Shown piece by piece: positions 46,346-55,601 of a stretch of DNA of 64,000 bases. A model generated the notes under the pieces. That model saw only the letters and a list, made by a program, of their open reading frames with translations, was not told where the DNA came from and made no database searches. Source of the stretch: Sphingobium sp. (lineage in GTDB: Bacteria; Pseudomonadota; Alphaproteobacteria; Sphingomonadales; Sphingomonadaceae); NCBI GenBank assembly GCA_034519505.1, contig JAXHOI010000004.1, positions 22,177 to 86,176 on the forward strand. Reading direction: 5' to 3'. The first letter of the stretch is position 1. Each line of letters starts with the position of its first letter. The position numbers and the translations under genes were made by a program.

Positions 46346-47089
46346 TCAAGAAGGAAGGCGCATCAGGCTGGCGCCAGCGTCGTCGATTGTCTTGGCCGTA
46401 TCGATCATCTTGATCTGGCTTTCCCAGGCACGGCTGGCTTCGATCATCTGCACCAGCGCCTGCGTGGCGTTGACGTTCGATCCCTCGATGGAGCCGCTCG
46501 TCACCTTTGCCTGCGGGTCGACCGGCAGCGCGCCGCCGGTGGCTTCGCGAAACAGGCCGTCGACGCCCTTGCTGACCTGGCTGCCGTCGGGATTGACCAG
46601 TCTCAGCGTGTCGATGCGCTGGCTGTTGTTCGGGTCGCCGCCCTGCGGCACGATATAGACGCCGCCGTCAGTGGCGATCGACACGCTGTCGGCGGGCGGC
46701 AGCACGATGGGGCCGCTTTCGCCCAGCACCGGCAGTCCGTCGCCCGTCGTCAGCAATCCCGTGTCGGTGATTTTCAGGTCGCCGCGGCGGGTATAGCCTT
46801 CGTCGCCATTTTCCGCCTGCACTGCCAGTAACGCCTTGCCGTTCATGGCGACGTCCAGCGGATTGCCGGTTTCGGTGACGGCGCCCTGCTGCATGTCGGC
46901 GCCGATCACCTGTTCGTTCTGTTCGGCCCGGCTGCGAAAGGTGTCGCCATCCAGCCAGCGGGTGCTGGCGTTGGCGATTTCGCCGCGAAAGCCAACGGTG
47001 TTGGCGTTGGCCAGATTGTTGGCCACCGCCTGTTGACGCGCCATGGCCCCGCGCATCGCGGTCATCGATGTGTAGATCAGACGGTCCAT
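46346..47089 (-). CDS. flgF: Rod protein FlgF
   Basis: MDRLIYT, ANNLANANT, YTRRGDL, EGSNVN. Confidence 0.92.
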   Translation of the reverse strand: MDRLIYTSMTAMRGAMARQQAVANNLANANTVGFRGEIANASTRWLDGDTFRSRAEQNEQVIGADMQQGAVTETGNPLDVAMNGKALLAVQAENGDEGYTRRGDLKITDTGLLTTGDGLPVLGESGPIVLPPADSVSIATDGGVYIVPQGGDPNNSQRIDTLRLVNPDGSQVSKGVDGLFREATGGALPVDPQAKVTSGSIEGSNVNATQALVQMIEASRAWESQIKMIDTAKTIDDAGASLMRLPS

Positions 47090-47114
47090 GGCGTGTTCCC
47101 CCTACCGCCCTGCG

Positions 47115-48203
47115 TCAGGAACGCAGGTTGTTGATGGTCTGCGTCATCGTATTGGCAGCCTCGATCGCCTTGGCGTTGGCGGAGAAGTTGCGCTGTGCCG
47201 CGATCATGGCGACCAGTTCCTCGGTGATGTCGACATTGGCATGTTCCAGCGTGCCGGAACGGACGGTGCCGAACGATCCGGTGCCGCCAGTGCCATAGAT
47301 TGGATTGCCGCTGCCGCCGGACGCGGCCCAGTGGGAGTCGCCCTGCGGCCGCAGACCTTCGACATTGTTGAAATTGGCAAGTGCCAGCATGCCGATATGC
47401 TTGCTCTGCCCGTTGGCGAAGGTCGCTGTGACCAGACCGTCCTGACCGATGGCCACGCTGGCCAGTTCGGAGGCCGCCGTGCCGCCGTCATCGGCGGGGA
47501 TGGTCACGGAACCGATCTGCTGCGTCGATCCGTCGACGAAGGTCGCGGTGACGACGCCATCGTCGCCCACGGATGCCGTCTGGAACGCGGAGCTGGGCGT
47601 CGCGCCGTTGTTTTCGGGAATGGTGATTGCCGGGCTGAGCGGCTTGCTGTTGCCATTGGCGAAGGACACCGACACGATGCCGCTGCCGGCGTTGATCGTC
47701 GCGCTGCCGGGCGTGTAGGCCGAGGGCGGAATGGGATTGCCGTCATTGGAGGGCAGCGTGCAGTTGAAGAGAGAGGATGCGCCCGAGCTGGTCAGCTGGC
47801 CGGTGCCCGGATCGACCGGCATCAGCTGAAGCACGTTGCCCAGCGTGTCGATCACCTGGCGCTGATCGTTCGTCGTGAACGCGCCGTTACGGGTGAAAGT
47901 GATGCCGTTGGTCGGCGGCGCGCTCCGCACGACGAAAAATCCTTCGCCGGCAAGGCCGAGGTCCAGCGTCTTGTCGGTCGATTCCAGCGATCCTTGCGAA
48001 AACTGCTGCTGAATGTCGTTCAGCCGCACGCCCGATCCAGAGATACGGTTCGCTGCCTGGCCGCTGCCCGCCGCGAACACGTCGCCGAACACGGCGCGGC
48101 TTTTCTTGAACCCGAACGAGCCGGCGTTGGCGACGTTGTTGGACGTCGTCGCGAGATCGATCTGGGCGGCGCGGAGGCCGGAAAGCGAAGTGTAGTAGGA
48201 CAT
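47115..48203 (-). CDS. flgE: Hook protein FlgE with internal repeats
   Basis: SNNVANAGSFGFKKS, FTRNGAF, LEHANVDITEELV...QRNFSANAK. Confidence 0.9.
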   Translation of the reverse strand: MSYYTSLSGLRAAQIDLATTSNNVANAGSFGFKKSRAVFGDVFAAGSGQAANRISGSGVRLNDIQQQFSQGSLESTDKTLDLGLAGEGFFVVRSAPPTNGITFTRNGAFTTNDQRQVIDTLGNVLQLMPVDPGTGQLTSSGASSLFNCTLPSNDGNPIPPSAYTPGSATINAGSGIVSVSFANGNSKPLSPAITIPENNGATPSSAFQTASVGDDGVVTATFVDGSTQQIGSVTIPADDGGTAASELASVAIGQDGLVTATFANGQSKHIGMLALANFNNVEGLRPQGDSHWAASGGSGNPIYGTGGTGSFGTVRSGTLEHANVDITEELVAMIAAQRNFSANAKAIEAANTMTQTINNLRS

Positions 48204-48223
48204 GGACGAACTCCTTGAGGAAT

Positions 48224-48242
48224 ATGGTTAACGCGCGGTAAA
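48224..48242 (-). promoter_or_regulatory. CtrA-type site upstream of flgE (TTTA-N7-TTAACCAT)
   Basis: One mismatch from TTAA-N7-TTAA, plus the TTAACCAT 8-mer, in the flgD-flgE gap. Confidence 0.55.
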
Positions 48243-48244
48243 GA

Positions 48245-48934
48245 TCAGCCGATCTTGATCGCGTCTTCGGGGGCGAAAGTGCCAAGTGGCGTCAAGAGCT
48301 TGGTCTGGCTGGCGTCGGCGGGCGATTGAACGCCGGCGATGCTGGCCCATGTCGCGGCGTTAGTGGCAGCGCCGCCGTTGACGCGCACGCGCACGGCGTC
48401 GCTGCTCAGGCGATTGCCGGCGCCATCGGTGCCGTCCCAATACCAGCTGACATCCCCCTTCGCCTGCGCGCCGAGGTCGAGTGTCTTGAGGACATTGCCC
48501 GATCCGTCGATCAGGTCGACGCTGACCTTGCCGCTGTCCGCGCCCAGGGTGAACTGTCCGCCATATTGGCCGGCCTTGTCCGGGGTGGCGACGTTGCTCT
48601 TCACAAGCATCGACCGACCGATCCAGCTGGACGCTGCCGCGATCCGCGAGCTGGAAAGCTCTGTGCTGATGTTCTTGAGCGCGCTGTTCATCTCGCTGAT
48701 GCCGGCGACGCTGGAAAACTGCGCCATCTGGGCGACCATCTGACTGTTGTCCATCGGCTCGAACGGGTCCTGGTTCTTCAGCTGGGTGGTGAACAGCTTC
48801 AGAAAAGCCGTCTGGTCGAGCGTCGAATTCGACGTGCCGGTCGCGCCGAGTGCCGCGTTGACCGCGGCCGTATTCGTCTTCGCTGCGGTGAAGGCAGTGT
48901 TCAATTGCGACGTGAGATCCGATCCGATGCTCAT
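48245..48934 (-). CDS. flgD: Hook capping protein FlgD
   Basis: FLKLFTTQLKNQDPFEPMD...QMAQFS. Confidence 0.92.
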   Translation of the reverse strand: MSIGSDLTSQLNTAFTAAKTNTAAVNAALGATGTSNSTLDQTAFLKLFTTQLKNQDPFEPMDNSQMVAQMAQFSSVAGISEMNSALKNISTELSSSRIAAASSWIGRSMLVKSNVATPDKAGQYGGQFTLGADSGKVSVDLIDGSGNVLKTLDLGAQAKGDVSWYWDGTDGAGNRLSSDAVRVRVNGGAATNAATWASIAGVQSPADASQTKLLTPLGTFAPEDAIKIG

Positions 48935-49344
48935 TTGCCCATCCTTATTGTGTCGAGGGTCAGCGACTTGGCCGTTTGAAGAACCTCGATATTGTTCTGA
49001 TACATGCGGGCCGCCTCGATCATCTCGACCAGCTCCTGACTGGAATCGACGCCGGCTTCCCACACGTCGCCATTGGCGTCGGCCAGCGGATGGCCGGGGT
49101 CATGCCGCTTCACCGGCTGGTTGCCGGACTGCACGACATTTTCGACGCGGACCGTCGATACGCCGGGCTGATCCGTCACCGTGCGGAACACCGGGCGGAT
49201 CGCGCGATAGGCTTCCTGCGCGCTGCCGGTCACGGAACCGGCATTGGCCATGTTCGAAGCCGTCGCGTTCAGGCGGACGAGCTGCGCGGACATGGCGCGT
49301 CCGGCAATGTCGAAGACGGTCATCGGCTTGTCGGCCATGCTCAT
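48931..49344 (-). CDS. flgC: Rod protein FlgC
   Basis: RLNATASNMANA, HDPGHPLAD. Confidence 0.93.
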   Translation of the reverse strand: MSMADKPMTVFDIAGRAMSAQLVRLNATASNMANAGSVTGSAQEAYRAIRPVFRTVTDQPGVSTVRVENVVQSGNQPVKRHDPGHPLADANGDVWEAGVDSSQELVEMIEAARMYQNNIEVLQTAKSLTLDTIRMGK

Positions 49345-49697
49345 TCTCCCTTCAGCGCGCGTGTGATGGTGTTGATGCGCCCTTCCAGGAAGGAGAGCGT
49401 GGTGCGATATTTGACCGCATTCTCGGCAAACAGCGTCTGCTCGGTCGACAGCTCTACGGTATTGCCGTCGAGCGAGGGCTGCAGCGGCACGCGATACCCC
49501 ATGCTGTCCTCGACCGCCTTTGCGGTGCTGCGATTACCCTGGGTCGCCTCGCGCAGCGCCGCGTCGAAGTCGATGTCGCGCGCCTTGTATCCGGGCGTGG
49601 ACGCATTCGCGATATTGGACGCAAGCAGGTTCAGCCGTTGCGACCGCAACGCCAGCGCCTTCCCGTGAATTCCGAACAGGCTGTCTTCGACTGACAT
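49341..49697 (-). CDS. flgB: Rod protein FlgB
   Basis: ASNIANASTPGYKARD, DGNTV. Confidence 0.93.
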   Translation of the reverse strand: MSVEDSLFGIHGKALALRSQRLNLLASNIANASTPGYKARDIDFDAALREATQGNRSTAKAVEDSMGYRVPLQPSLDGNTVELSTEQTLFAENAVKYRTTLSFLEGRINTITRALKGE

Positions 49698-49799
49698 GTC
49701 CGTTTCGCCTCTTTCGCAAAAAATCGTCTAAAATAGTTTTTGAGCCTGCCGTTCTTCGCTGTGACCAGCTGGAGCCGGCAGACCCACGCGCATGATTGT

Positions 49800-49814
49800 G
49801 CAAGGGGCGTGCCA
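49800..49814 (-). promoter_or_regulatory. Sigma54 promoter of the flgB operon
   Basis: TGGCAC-GCCCC-TTGC (-24/-12). Confidence 0.8.
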
Positions 49815-49889
49815 ATTCGCCCCGGCAATCGGGCGGCATGGGTGCAAGCTCTGGATTTCCGCGCTTTCCCTGCTTAGGGTGGCGACCAG

Positions 49890-49926
49890 CGGCAAGAAGT
49901 TGCCGGTGGGCGGCAGATTTTTGCCG
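49890..49926. promoter_or_regulatory. Tandem palindromic enhancer-like sites
   Basis: CGGCAAGAAGTTGCCG and CGGCAGATTTTTGCCG, 21 bp apart, upstream of the sigma54 promoter. Confidence 0.6.
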
Positions 49927-49948
49927 GTCCCTTTGCCGCGGAAGGGAA

Positions 49949-50635
49949 ATGCACGGAAACATGCCTGCCTGGCTCGCCAATTATCTTGATCCCCGCATGC
50001 TGGGCGCCGTGGTGCTTGGCGCGATACTGGTCGCCTGCCTTCAGGTTGGCTGGGCTGGCGTGATGCGCGGCTTTGCGGCGCTCGGACCGCTTGTTCGGGC
50101 GCGCCCGGACCTTGACCGGCAGGCGGCGCGCGGCGCCATGCTGCGGGTCGAGGAGCTGGCGCATTTGCGCGGCATTGCCTGCACCGACAGGGTGTCCACT
50201 GCGCAGCCCTTCGTCGCCGAAGCGGCCAGCCGCCTCGCCAACTGCGATCGGGTGGAAAAATTCGAAATCTGGGTGGAGGAGGCGCTGGCCGACCGTGCCG
50301 ACCGCCATGCGCAGGCGCGCAACGCATGGATTGCGATGGCGGACGCTGCCCCGGCGATCGGCATGGCCGGGACCATCATCGGCCTGATCCGCATGTTTTC
50401 CGCGATGGACGATCCCGCGACCATCGGGCCGGCCATGGCACTGGCGCTGCTGACCACGCTTTACGGCGTGATTCTGGCGAACCTGATCGCCGCTCCCATC
50501 GCGGCGCGGCTGGGCGAAATTTCTGCGCAGGAACTGGCCTGGCAGCGCGATCTGGCCGACCGGATGGTGGCGATTGCGCGACGGGAAAGCGCGGCTTTGC
50601 GCCGGGCCAGCCTGCGCGACGTGGGGTCGGCCTGA
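49949..50635 (+). CDS. MotA/PomA-like proton channel family protein (divergent)
   Basis: APAIGMAGTIIGLIRM...GPAMALALLTTLYG. Start at 49949 or 49961. Confidence 0.8.
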   Translation: MHGNMPAWLANYLDPRMLGAVVLGAILVACLQVGWAGVMRGFAALGPLVRARPDLDRQAARGAMLRVEELAHLRGIACTDRVSTAQPFVAEAASRLANCDRVEKFEIWVEEALADRADRHAQARNAWIAMADAAPAIGMAGTIIGLIRMFSAMDDPATIGPAMALALLTTLYGVILANLIAAPIAARLGEISAQELAWQRDLADRMVAIARRESAALRRASLRDVGSA

Positions 50636-51147
50636 TGGCCGGCGTGGCCGCGCAGGGCAGGGATCAGGGTCGGCGCGGACGCTGGGCGCTCAGCTTTGCC
50701 GACCTGTGCCTGCTGCTCTTGGGCTTTTTCGTGCTGCTGCAGGCCAACGAACGCAGCCGGCAGGCGGTTTTGCAGGGCGTCAGCGAATATTTCGGCGCGC
50801 ACCGGGCGAGCGGCCGGATCGACATCGCCGCCCGCGAATTGTTCGAACCAGGCGAGGCGCTGCTGACGTCGGCGGGCACCGCGCGCGTGGCCACTATCGC
50901 CCGGCAGGCCGTGACGAAAAATGGCGGAATCGCATTGGTTTCGACGGGTCAGGATGTCACCGGGACGCGGTTTGACAGCTGGGACCTGGCGGCCGCGCGA
51001 CTGGGTGCTATCGCCCGCGTGCTGCAGGCGCAGGGGCTGAACGGGGAGCGCGTACGTATCCGCGGGCTGGACGAAGATGCCGTGCGCGGCGCCAAGGGGC
51101 AGCAGATCGGCTTCGTGCCTGTCCGCATCCCGGAAACGGCGCGTTGA
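50635..51147 (+). CDS. MotB-like protein (short, degenerate peptidoglycan-binding domain)
   Basis: WALSFADLCLLLLGFFVLL retains the ion-binding Asp; WDLAAAR; lacks GHTD. Confidence 0.75.
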   Translation: MAGVAAQGRDQGRRGRWALSFADLCLLLLGFFVLLQANERSRQAVLQGVSEYFGAHRASGRIDIAARELFEPGEALLTSAGTARVATIARQAVTKNGGIALVSTGQDVTGTRFDSWDLAAARLGAIARVLQAQGLNGERVRIRGLDEDAVRGAKGQQIGFVPVRIPETAR

Positions 51148-51154
51148 AGCCAAC

Positions 51155-51169
51155 TGGCACGTTTCTTGC
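51155..51169 (+). promoter_or_regulatory. Sigma54 promoter of flgA
   Basis: TGGCAC-GTTTC-TTGC. Confidence 0.8.
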
Positions 51170-51210
51170 GAAATTGTGTGCGAATGTTCTGCCTTTGTGG
51201 GAGCAATGCC

Positions 51211-51804
51211 ATGTTTCGTTTCGCCGCCCTGATCGCCGCCGCGCTCGCCGCTTTGCTGAGCGCACAGCAGAGCGCGCTGGCGCAGGCTACGCCGCGGAAT
51301 TTCGAGAATCTGGACCGGATCGACAGCTTGGTCGCGATGACCGTCGGGGCCAATCTTGGCCAGCCGGGAGGCCCCGCCAATCCGGTCGACCGGCGTTTGC
51401 GTCTGGCCGCTTGCCCCTCGACACCCACGGTTGATGGCCCCCTGTTCGGCGCGGCGATCGTCAAATGCGACGCGCTGGGCTGGCGGATTCGCGTGCCTTT
51501 GGTGCCGGGCGGGGCGTTCGGAGCAGCTCCCGGTGCCGGCCAACCCTTTAGCGCAGGAGCGGTTCAGCCCGCGCCACGCGCCGCGCCTGCTGCCCCGCGC
51601 ACCATCCTGATCAAGCGGGGCGACCCGGTTCAGCTGATCGCCGGAGGGTCGGCTTTTACCGTCTATCGTCAGATGGTTGCGGATCAGGACGGTGCCCTCG
51701 GCGACCTTATCCGGGTGAAGGGGGAGGATCGCAATGCAGCGCCTGTCTTCGCCCGTGTCGAGGAAATGGGAAAAGTTCGCGTTCCGGGATTTAATAATGA
51801 TTGA
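51211..51804 (+). CDS. flgA: P-ring assembly chaperone FlgA
   Basis: Signal peptide; VDRRLRLAAC; IKRGDPV...DGALGDLIRV; precedes flgM. Confidence 0.8.
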   Translation: MFRFAALIAAALAALLSAQQSALAQATPRNFENLDRIDSLVAMTVGANLGQPGGPANPVDRRLRLAACPSTPTVDGPLFGAAIVKCDALGWRIRVPLVPGGAFGAAPGAGQPFSAGAVQPAPRAAPAAPRTILIKRGDPVQLIAGGSAFTVYRQMVADQDGALGDLIRVKGEDRNAAPVFARVEEMGKVRVPGFNND

Positions 51805-51817
51805 ACCAATCCGTTAT
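51791..51817 (+). promoter_or_regulatory. Sigma28-type promoter of flgM
   Basis: TTAA-N15-TCCGTTAT, same spacing as the fliC promoter. Confidence 0.55.
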
Positions 51818-51852
51818 AAGCGGGTGCGGGGACAGGACGAAGGACAGGAACC

Positions 51853-52134
51853 ATGATCAAGTCGGTAGGCCAGAGCGCCAACCCAGCAGTGGAAGCGGCA
51901 AAGTTGCGCGAAAGCGGCAATGTGCGCGCGGCCGCGTCGCTGACCGGCGACGTCGTGTCGGAAACCGCGGCCCAGGCGACCAGCCCCGCGGCGCGCATGG
52001 CATCGCTCGGCGCCCCGGTGGACACGGACAAGGTTGCCCGCATCAAGGCGGCGATTTCGCGCGGCGAATATCCGGTCGATCCTGAGAGGATCGCCGACCG
52101 CATGCTTGCGCTCGACCTGCCGGTTCAGGACTGA
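51853..52134 (+). CDS. flgM: Anti-sigma28 factor FlgM
   Basis: VDTDKVARIKAAISRGEYPVDPERIADRM. Confidence 0.88.
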   Translation: MIKSVGQSANPAVEAAKLRESGNVRAAASLTGDVVSETAAQATSPAARMASLGAPVDTDKVARIKAAISRGEYPVDPERIADRMLALDLPVQD

Positions 52135-52139
52135 TTTCG

Positions 52140-52445
52140 ATGGGCCGCGCCGCGATCGATGAACTGGAAAGCGCCATCGAGGCGCTGGTCACCGCCATGG
52201 CGGGTACAGACGCCCAGGCGATCGAAGCCGCCACACGCAAGGTGCAGCCGATCATCGCGGACATTGCCGGAAAGGGCGCATGGCGCGCCACGCCGGAATT
52301 GCGCGAAGTTGTCGATCGTGTCGCGCTGGCACTCGACCGCGCCCGTCTGCGTGCGCACGTCAACGCCGACCTCGCTCGTCGCCAGCTCGACTTGCTGGCT
52401 GCCAAGGGCACGGCTGTTCCAGGCGCGGCGACCTACCGCCGCTGA
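52140..52445 (+). CDS. Small helical protein at the FlgN position
   Basis: Directly after flgM; helical character; ends TYRR. Confidence 0.6.
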   Translation: MGRAAIDELESAIEALVTAMAGTDAQAIEAATRKVQPIIADIAGKGAWRATPELREVVDRVALALDRARLRAHVNADLARRQLDLLAAKGTAVPGAATYRR

Positions 52446-52465
52446 ATTCTTCGACCTGACGCCGC

Positions 52466-52498
52466 AAACGCTGCCACGAAACAGTGGCGGCGTTTTTT
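52466..52498 (+). terminator. Intrinsic terminator after flgM-flgN
   Basis: ACGCTGCCAC-GAAACA-GTGGCGGCGT followed by a T-run. Confidence 0.7.
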
Positions 52499-52535
52499 AT
52501 TGTCGGAAATCAGCCCATTATAGGCAGCAACAGAT

Positions 52536-52550
52536 TGGCACGATAATTGC
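52536..52550 (+). promoter_or_regulatory. Sigma54 promoter of the transglycosylase-flhA-fliA operon
   Basis: TGGCAC-GATAA-TTGC. Confidence 0.8.
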
Positions 52551-52584
52551 TGAAACACCTTCGGTACCAACGGGGGTTTTTGGC

Positions 52585-53440
52585 ATGTCGGCGTTCGACA
52601 GCCTGTTCGCAACAGGCATCAACAGCGGCAAGAAGAGTAACGAACGCCATTGCGCAGGCGAGCCGGCGCACAGGTGTCGACTTCAACTATCTGCTCGGCC
52701 AGGCACAGGTCGAAAGCAGCCTGAACCCGGCTGCCCGCGCCTCCACGTCCAGCGCCACGGGCCTTTATCAGTTCATCGATCAAAGCTGGCTGGCGGTGAT
52801 CAACCAGCATGGCGACCAATATGGTCTTGGCTGGGCTGCCGAAGCCATTCAGCAAAACAGCGCTGGACGCTATTTCGTGTCGGATCCGACGTTACGGCAG
52901 CAGATCATGGATCTGCGCAACCATCCCGAAACTGCATCCGTCATGGCCGCCGAACATGCCGCCGACAACAAGGCGGTCCTTGAAAGCCGCCTTGGCCGCG
53001 CTGCGCAGCCAGTCGACCTTTATCTGGCGCACTTCCTGGGCGCGGGCGGGGCGGTGAAGTTCCTGAACGCCATGGCGACGGACCCCGGCGCTTCGGGCGC
53101 AGCCATTGTCCCGGCGGCGGCGCGCGCCAATCGCTCCATCTTCTATGACCGTCAGGGCAATGCCCGGTCGCTGGCCGACATTCGCAACAGTTTTGCCGCA
53201 AAGCTGGAGCGCGGCGTTGCGCGGGCGAGCGGCCAGATCGACGGTCAGATCACGACGCAGATCGCCGACGCAGGACAGGCGATGGACAATTATCAACTGC
53301 CCGAAGGCGCGCGCACCGTGCAGCCCGCCGACTATGTGCGGATCGAAACGGCGCGCCTCAAACAAAATTACGCCGCCGTCGCGCCCAATGCCGACACGGC
53401 CCGCCTCGCTTATCTGATGCTCGCGACATTCGGAAGGTAA
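52585..53440 (+). CDS. Flagellar lytic transglycosylase (SLT-like); probable 1-nt frameshift near the 5' end
   Basis: QAQVESSLNP, SATGLYQF, LYLAHFLGAGG. The best ATG downstream of the sigma54 promoter (52585, MSAFDS) is out of frame with the catalytic domain. Confidence 0.75.
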
Positions 53441-53470
53441 CGCAGACCAATGAACCGCAAGGATATGAAC

Positions 53471-55585
53471 ATGAAAATCTGGGTCGGCGCCGCCAAGGGG
53501 GCCGTGCTTCCGCTCGCGATCCTGGTGCTGATGATGTTCATGGTGGTGCCGGTCCCGGCCTTCCTGCTGGACGTCGGCTTCGTCACCAATATTATGATCA
53601 GCCTGGCGGTGCTGATGGTGGCGTTGAACGCCGCCAAGCCGCTCGACTTTTCCAGCTTTCCGACCGTGCTGCTGTTCGCGACGCTCTTGCGCCTGTCGCT
53701 CAACGTTGCTTCGACCCGCGTCGTTCTGGTCGACGGTCACAACGGCACGGACGCGGCGGGCCATGTGATCGAAGCGTTCGGCAATTTCCTGATCGGCGGC
53801 GACTATGTCGTCGGCCTGTTCGTGTTCGCCATCGTGATGATCATCAATCTGGTCGTCATCACCAAGGGCGCGGGCCGAGTGTCGGAAGTGTCCGCCCGCT
53901 TCACCCTGGACGCCCTGCCGGGCAAGCAGATGGCGATCGACGCGGACCTTAACGCCGGCCTCATCACCGCAGAAGACGCCCGCAAGCGCCGTCAGGAAGT
54001 GGCGACCGAGGCCGATTTCTACGGATCGATGGACGGTGCGTCCAAATTTGTGAAGGGTGATGCGGTCGCCGGCATGCTGATCCTGGTCATCAACATTGTG
54101 GGCGGCATCGTGCTGGGCGTGGTCAGTCACGGATTGTCTATCGCCGACGCCGCGCAGAATTATGTCATGCTGGCCATTGGCGACGCGCTGGTGGCGCAGG
54201 TGCCCGCGCTCCTGCTGTCGATCGCAGCGGCCTCCATCGTCACCCGTGTGACGTCCGACCATGACCTTTCCGGTCAGGTCGCCAGCCAGTTCGGCATGAG
54301 CAAGGCCTGGATTCCGGTCGCCGGCATCCTGGCGCTGTTGGGCGTGCTGCCTGGCATGCCGCACATGGTCATCCTGCCTGCCGCAGCGCTTTCGGGCTTT
54401 GTCGCCTGGCAGTTGCGCAAGACCGCCGCTGCCCGTGCCGCAGCGCCCGCCCCGGTCGAGGAAGCAGCGCCCGTCAATCCGGCCAATATCCAGTGGGATG
54501 AGGTTTCGGACGGTGCCGTGCTGGGTCTGGAAATCGGCTATGGCCTGATCGGGCTTGTCGACGAACGCAAGAATGCACCCCTGATGGCGCGTATTACCGG
54601 CATCCGTCGTCAGCTCAGCCGCGAACTGGGCTTCGTCGTGCCGATGGTCCGGGTGAAGGACAATCTGGCGCTGGAACCCAACAGCTATCGCATCACGATC
54701 GCAGGCGCGATCGTGGGTGAGGATGCCGTGTGGCCCGAAGATCTGCTGGCGCTCGACAGCGGCGCGCTGGAGGGCGAAGTGCGCGGCCGCAAGGCGAAGG
54801 ACCCGACCTTCGGACTGGATGCAGTCTGGATCGGCGAGGATCAGCGCAGCGAAGCGGTCGTGTGCGGCTATACCGTGGTCGATGCGCCGACGGTGATCGC
54901 CACACACCTCAATCACCTGATCGCGGTGAACGCCAGCGAGATGTTCGGACTGGACGAAGCGCGCAAGCTTCTCGACGCGCTGAAGGAAAGCGCGCCGCAG
55001 CTGGTGGAAGGGCTGACCCCCAATCCGCTGGGTCTGGCGCAGATTTCAGCTATTTGCCGCGCACTTCTCATCGAAGGGGTGCCGCTCAAGGACTTCCGCC
55101 GCATTTGCGAGGCGATGATCGACGCCTGGCGGCCCGACCTCAACCACGACCAACTGGTCGAGGGCGTGCGCCAGCGCATCGGGTCGCTGATCATTCAGCA
55201 ACTGGTGCCGGTGAAGATGCCGCTGCCGGTCATCACGCTGGACGGCGAGCTGGAAACCATGCTGGCGCAGGCGATGCGGGTCGCCGGCGATGCCAAGCAT
55301 CCCATCGAGCCGGGCCTGTCGCAGCGGATCGTCGAATCCGTGGTAGAGGCTGCGCGGCCGGTGATGGCACAGGCGCGCACCTTCGCCATCGTGACCTCCC
55401 CCATTGCGCGCCGGGCGCTCGCCCGACTTTTCCGTCAGCATCTGCCCGAAACGCCGGTGCTGTCCTTCCTTGAGATACCCGATGGTAAGCCTGTGGAGGT
55501 TATCGCCGTGGTCGGCGGCGAATCGCGCGCGATTCCCCGCCATGATCCCGTCGTCCCGATGCGGACGGACCAGCGGGTTGGTTGA
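53471..55585 (+). CDS. flhA: Flagellar export protein FlhA
   Basis: RVSEVSARFTLDALPGKQMAIDADL, FYGSMDGASKFVKGDA. Start may be 53450 or 53465. Confidence 0.96.
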   Translation: MKIWVGAAKGAVLPLAILVLMMFMVVPVPAFLLDVGFVTNIMISLAVLMVALNAAKPLDFSSFPTVLLFATLLRLSLNVASTRVVLVDGHNGTDAAGHVIEAFGNFLIGGDYVVGLFVFAIVMIINLVVITKGAGRVSEVSARFTLDALPGKQMAIDADLNAGLITAEDARKRRQEVATEADFYGSMDGASKFVKGDAVAGMLILVINIVGGIVLGVVSHGLSIADAAQNYVMLAIGDALVAQVPALLLSIAAASIVTRVTSDHDLSGQVASQFGMSKAWIPVAGILALLGVLPGMPHMVILPAAALSGFVAWQLRKTAAARAAAPAPVEEAAPVNPANIQWDEVSDGAVLGLEIGYGLIGLVDERKNAPLMARITGIRRQLSRELGFVVPMVRVKDNLALEPNSYRITIAGAIVGEDAVWPEDLLALDSGALEGEVRGRKAKDPTFGLDAVWIGEDQRSEAVVCGYTVVDAPTVIATHLNHLIAVNASEMFGLDEARKLLDALKESAPQLVEGLTPNPLGLAQISAICRALLIEGVPLKDFRRICEAMIDAWRPDLNHDQLVEGVRQRIGSLIIQQLVPVKMPLPVITLDGELETMLAQAMRVAGDAKHPIEPGLSQRIVESVVEAARPVMAQARTFAIVTSPIARRALARLFRQHLPETPVLSFLEIPDGKPVEVIAVVGGESRAIPRHDPVVPMRTDQRVG

Positions 55586-55601
55586 GGGCTAGGGGCGGCC
55601 A

